DNA of 63,502 bases, filler included, from Circinaria calcarea (Eukaryota): assembly GCA_051942165.1 (NCBI GenBank). It is 17 parts of 17 records of this genome, joined end to end, with 100 filler letters (N's around TTAATTAATTAA, not from the genome) between each part and the next. Parts side by side here need not be neighbours in the genome. Positions count along the whole stretch, not along the records: positions 59,875 to 63,502 come from JAVECS010002711.1; 16 more parts are not named here. One strand, 5' to 3'. The translations under genes and the position numbers were made by a program. The first letter of the stretch is position 1. Each line of letters starts with the position of its first letter. Under the pieces are notes generated by a model. That model ran no database searches. It was not told the DNA's origin and worked only from the letters and a program-made list of their open reading frames with translations. Shown here piece by piece: positions 61,153 to 63,502 of the stretch.

Positions 61153-61267
61153 TCCCTTAAGTTGTTGCTCAGGCGGACAGAACCGTGCACACTCCGCCCT
61201 AGCTTGATCAAGCCCAGTCTTGCATCCAAGGAACGCACGGTTCTGCCGGAGCAAACAGCTCAAGGGA
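61153..61267. mobile_element. Diverged second copy of the same MITE family
   Basis: TA-TCCCTTAAGTTGTTGCTCAGGC..ACCGTGC and GCACGGT..GAGCAAACAGCTCAAGGGA; the inner CCTAGCT..ATCCAA..AACGCACGG is also shared. Confidence 0.68.
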
Positions 61268-62259
61268 TGATCTAGTGTTATCGCGGATAAATATTATACC
61301 ATGAGCGATAACAGCCAACCCCAAGAAGTTAGAAAAGAGGATGATAGTCGTAGAAAACGAACTGTAAACAAACATAAATTCATCACACATTCAAAGCAGT
61401 TACAAAACGGGATGACACTGGCGACGAGGACAACATAACAACTCAGTCGTCGCTGCACAAACCAATGGAAAGAGCACGTGGAAATGCGGAGATAGATGGG
61501 CTGCCGTGGAGCTCATATATACAAATTGGATCAGCTTCAAATACTCCCAGTCACACAACCGACCGTCAAGCCATTAGCAATCATGCTAATCAGGAGTCTA
61601 AGTCTCAAAGCTTATCTGCTACCGCGCGGCCATTCAGTTTGCAGCCTACTTTATCTTCACATTGGCCGTCTTTCCCAGCACCCGAGCACTCATATTCAAA
61701 AAAGCTAAGACCTCGGGCTGGTTCCCCAAGCCTATGTTGCAATGAGGTCATCGATAAGCCTCATTTATCGTCTTTGGAATTAGATACACCGATTTTCACG
61801 GTACGAATGTCACCCCACCAGATCTCGCTACACCCAGAGAAGTGAAAAGCAATTGCTGATAAGAACATCATCAGGCTCCCCTCAAAGGCTCCGAAATCTA
61901 CGAGTCTAACGGAAGATCTAATAATCCAGCCGATAAGAACTCCTTATTCAGCACCCAGAAAAATACACCGTGGAAACCAGAAAACTCAATCCCCTCTACT
62001 TTACCCTTTTCTTCCTATGGTCAGCCGTCCTTTGAACGAATCGATACTGCCGTCCCTCCTGATCTCGAGGCGGAGGACGTAAAAGTATTGAATGAAACTT
62101 GGCACCAAGTCGCAGGGCTAAAATCTGGCATTATGGTATGTAGGGTAGCTTCCTCAACACTACGCAGACTAAATCTAGCAGACTGTTCCATCAGCCCTGA
62201 GTACTGTAAGCTCAAAACAAAGATTTGTGTCACACATACTTCAACACCGATGCATTAGA

Positions 62260-63502
62260 ATGATGGATGGAGGATACGAAGGATTATTAGCCTATGGAAA
62301 AGAAACCGATTCTCCACCAGAACTGTCACACGTCAACCACTTAGTTTCATCAGACGAACCTCCAGACCAACCGGCTTTTAAAATTGCAGACGCAATTCGT
62401 GGGTTGTTAGATAACGACTACCCCGAAGCTGAATGGGAATCAGATCTTATAAAGCGGTATTTCTTTCGTCAGGCAACCAGCTTTCCTAATCCTCTCTCGT
62501 CTCAAAGTTTTGCCCGGAGATCTACCCAGCATGTGATAAATCCGGTGGTTTTACGGTCTGAGAAATCCAGCTACTGCAGCTACCCGCCTATCGTCACAAA
62601 AGATCCAAGGTATCGGCTATCAGACGGGATTACAGCTTCGAAAATCCCCTGGTACGAACCTTTGAATAAGCTTGGTCAAGTCCGCATTGATGCGTGGTAT
62701 GCAATTCACGATTCAATCTTTTGGGAAAATCACGAATTCCTTGGCCGTGCTTTGAATCGAGCAGAACTCCGAACACTTCTCCCGGCGTATCTTATGTTCC
62801 CCGATTCCGCTCAGATGTTACCTTACATAATCAACGAGTACAAAAAACTTGGGGGGAACATCAAATACGTAGGTGCATACCTAACGTTCATATGTGCCAC
62901 TATTCTCCATTCTCGCCTTAAACTTCGTGTAATGGCTGGTATGGAAACGATATGGCCTTGCGAGGACCTAACAATATGGTGCTTTACTACAGCTGGCACT
63001 ACGGTAGAATACATGCGCATGCAATTACGTCAGCCGGAAGAAGAAGGATCCTATATACATTTTGAAAGCGAGAAAAGAAAGACTTTCGACCTTCAACATA
63101 GTAATCAGAGAAATAATTTAAGACAGTTGATGCGGGTTGTTCATACTACGGGGCATACTACTCATGTGAAAGCTTTAAAAGACGAGGTAAAAGGTGCGGC
63201 GGCGAACTTACATAAGGATTGGACAAGATTGCTTGAAAAAGAGACGGCGTTCATTTGGCAAAAGAGAAAGAATGATACAGGTGAGAATCAAAGATGGGTG
63301 ATCAAATGGAAAAGAGTACCCGTTTCATACTCTGATCCAATAACACAATTCGACCTAGAGCAAGAAACTCAGAGGAGTAGATTTCATGGCGAGCAACAAA
63401 ATCAAGTGGTAAATGACAACACCGGAATTTTGCGGAACCAACTGATTATGATTAAGGACACCGAGCATTCGTCTACTTCGGATCAATCCCAAACCCCCCC
63501 CC
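62260..63502 (+). CDS. Uncharacterised protein with PD-(D/E)XK-like nuclease motifs; large exon open to the window end, upstream exons unresolved
   Basis: About 414 codons in which I found no stop by manual translation: VRIDAWYAI..MLPYIINEYKKLGG..DLTIWCFTTAGTTVEYMRM. Confidence 0.6.
   Translation, partial: MMDGGYEGLLAYGKETDSPPELSHVNHLVSSDEPPDQPAFKIADAIRGLLDNDYPEAEWESDLIKRYFFRQATSFPNPLSSQSFARRSTQHVINPVVLRSEKSSYCSYPPIVTKDPRYRLSDGITASKIPWYEPLNKLGQVRIDAWYAIHDSIFWENHEFLGRALNRAELRTLLPAYLMFPDSAQMLPYIINEYKKLGGNIKYVGAYLTFICATILHSRLKLRVMAGMETIWPCEDLTIWCFTTAGTTVEYMRMQLRQPEEEGSYIHFESEKRKTFDLQHSNQRNNLRQLMRVVHTTGHTTHVKALKDEVKGAAANLHKDWTRLLEKETAFIWQKRKNDTGENQRWVIKWKRVPVSYSDPITQFDLEQETQRSRFHGEQQNQVVNDNTGILRNQLIMIKDTEHSSTSDQSQTPP

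Overview
This window is not one locus. It is 17 unrelated contigs of about 3.63-3.65 kb, sorted by decreasing length and joined by an artificial 100-nt linker (44 N + TTAATTAATTAA + 44 N), so neighbourhood only has meaning within a contig. The DNA is from a filamentous ascomycete: short GT-AG introns with CT(A/G)AC-type branch points and RIP-like TpA-rich decay. The gene families suggest a lichen-forming lineage, but that is inference. Housekeeping genes: RPL25, BMT2, eRF1/SUP45, GSH2, TRM61/GCD14, LHS1, DML1/misato, two MFS transporters and an HHE/hemerythrin protein. Accessory genes: a lipase-like-NACHT NLR, ankyrin and F-box-like proteins, two HET pseudogenes, an SF1 helicase pseudogene and secreted proteins (one CBM14-like). 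Most interesting signals: (1) an intronless Rnl2-type RNA ligase missed by the ORF track; (2) eRF1 ending in a leaky UGA-CGG stop with a 53-codon extension and a candidate 3'UTR intron; (3) a small TA-flanked MITE family on two contigs; (4) an unlisted PD-(D/E)XK-like ORF of over 400 codons; (5) an F-box-like protein with tandem PIP-box-like motifs. No multi-gene novel system can be supported from contigs this short. All family calls are by-eye motif recognition; no searches were run.
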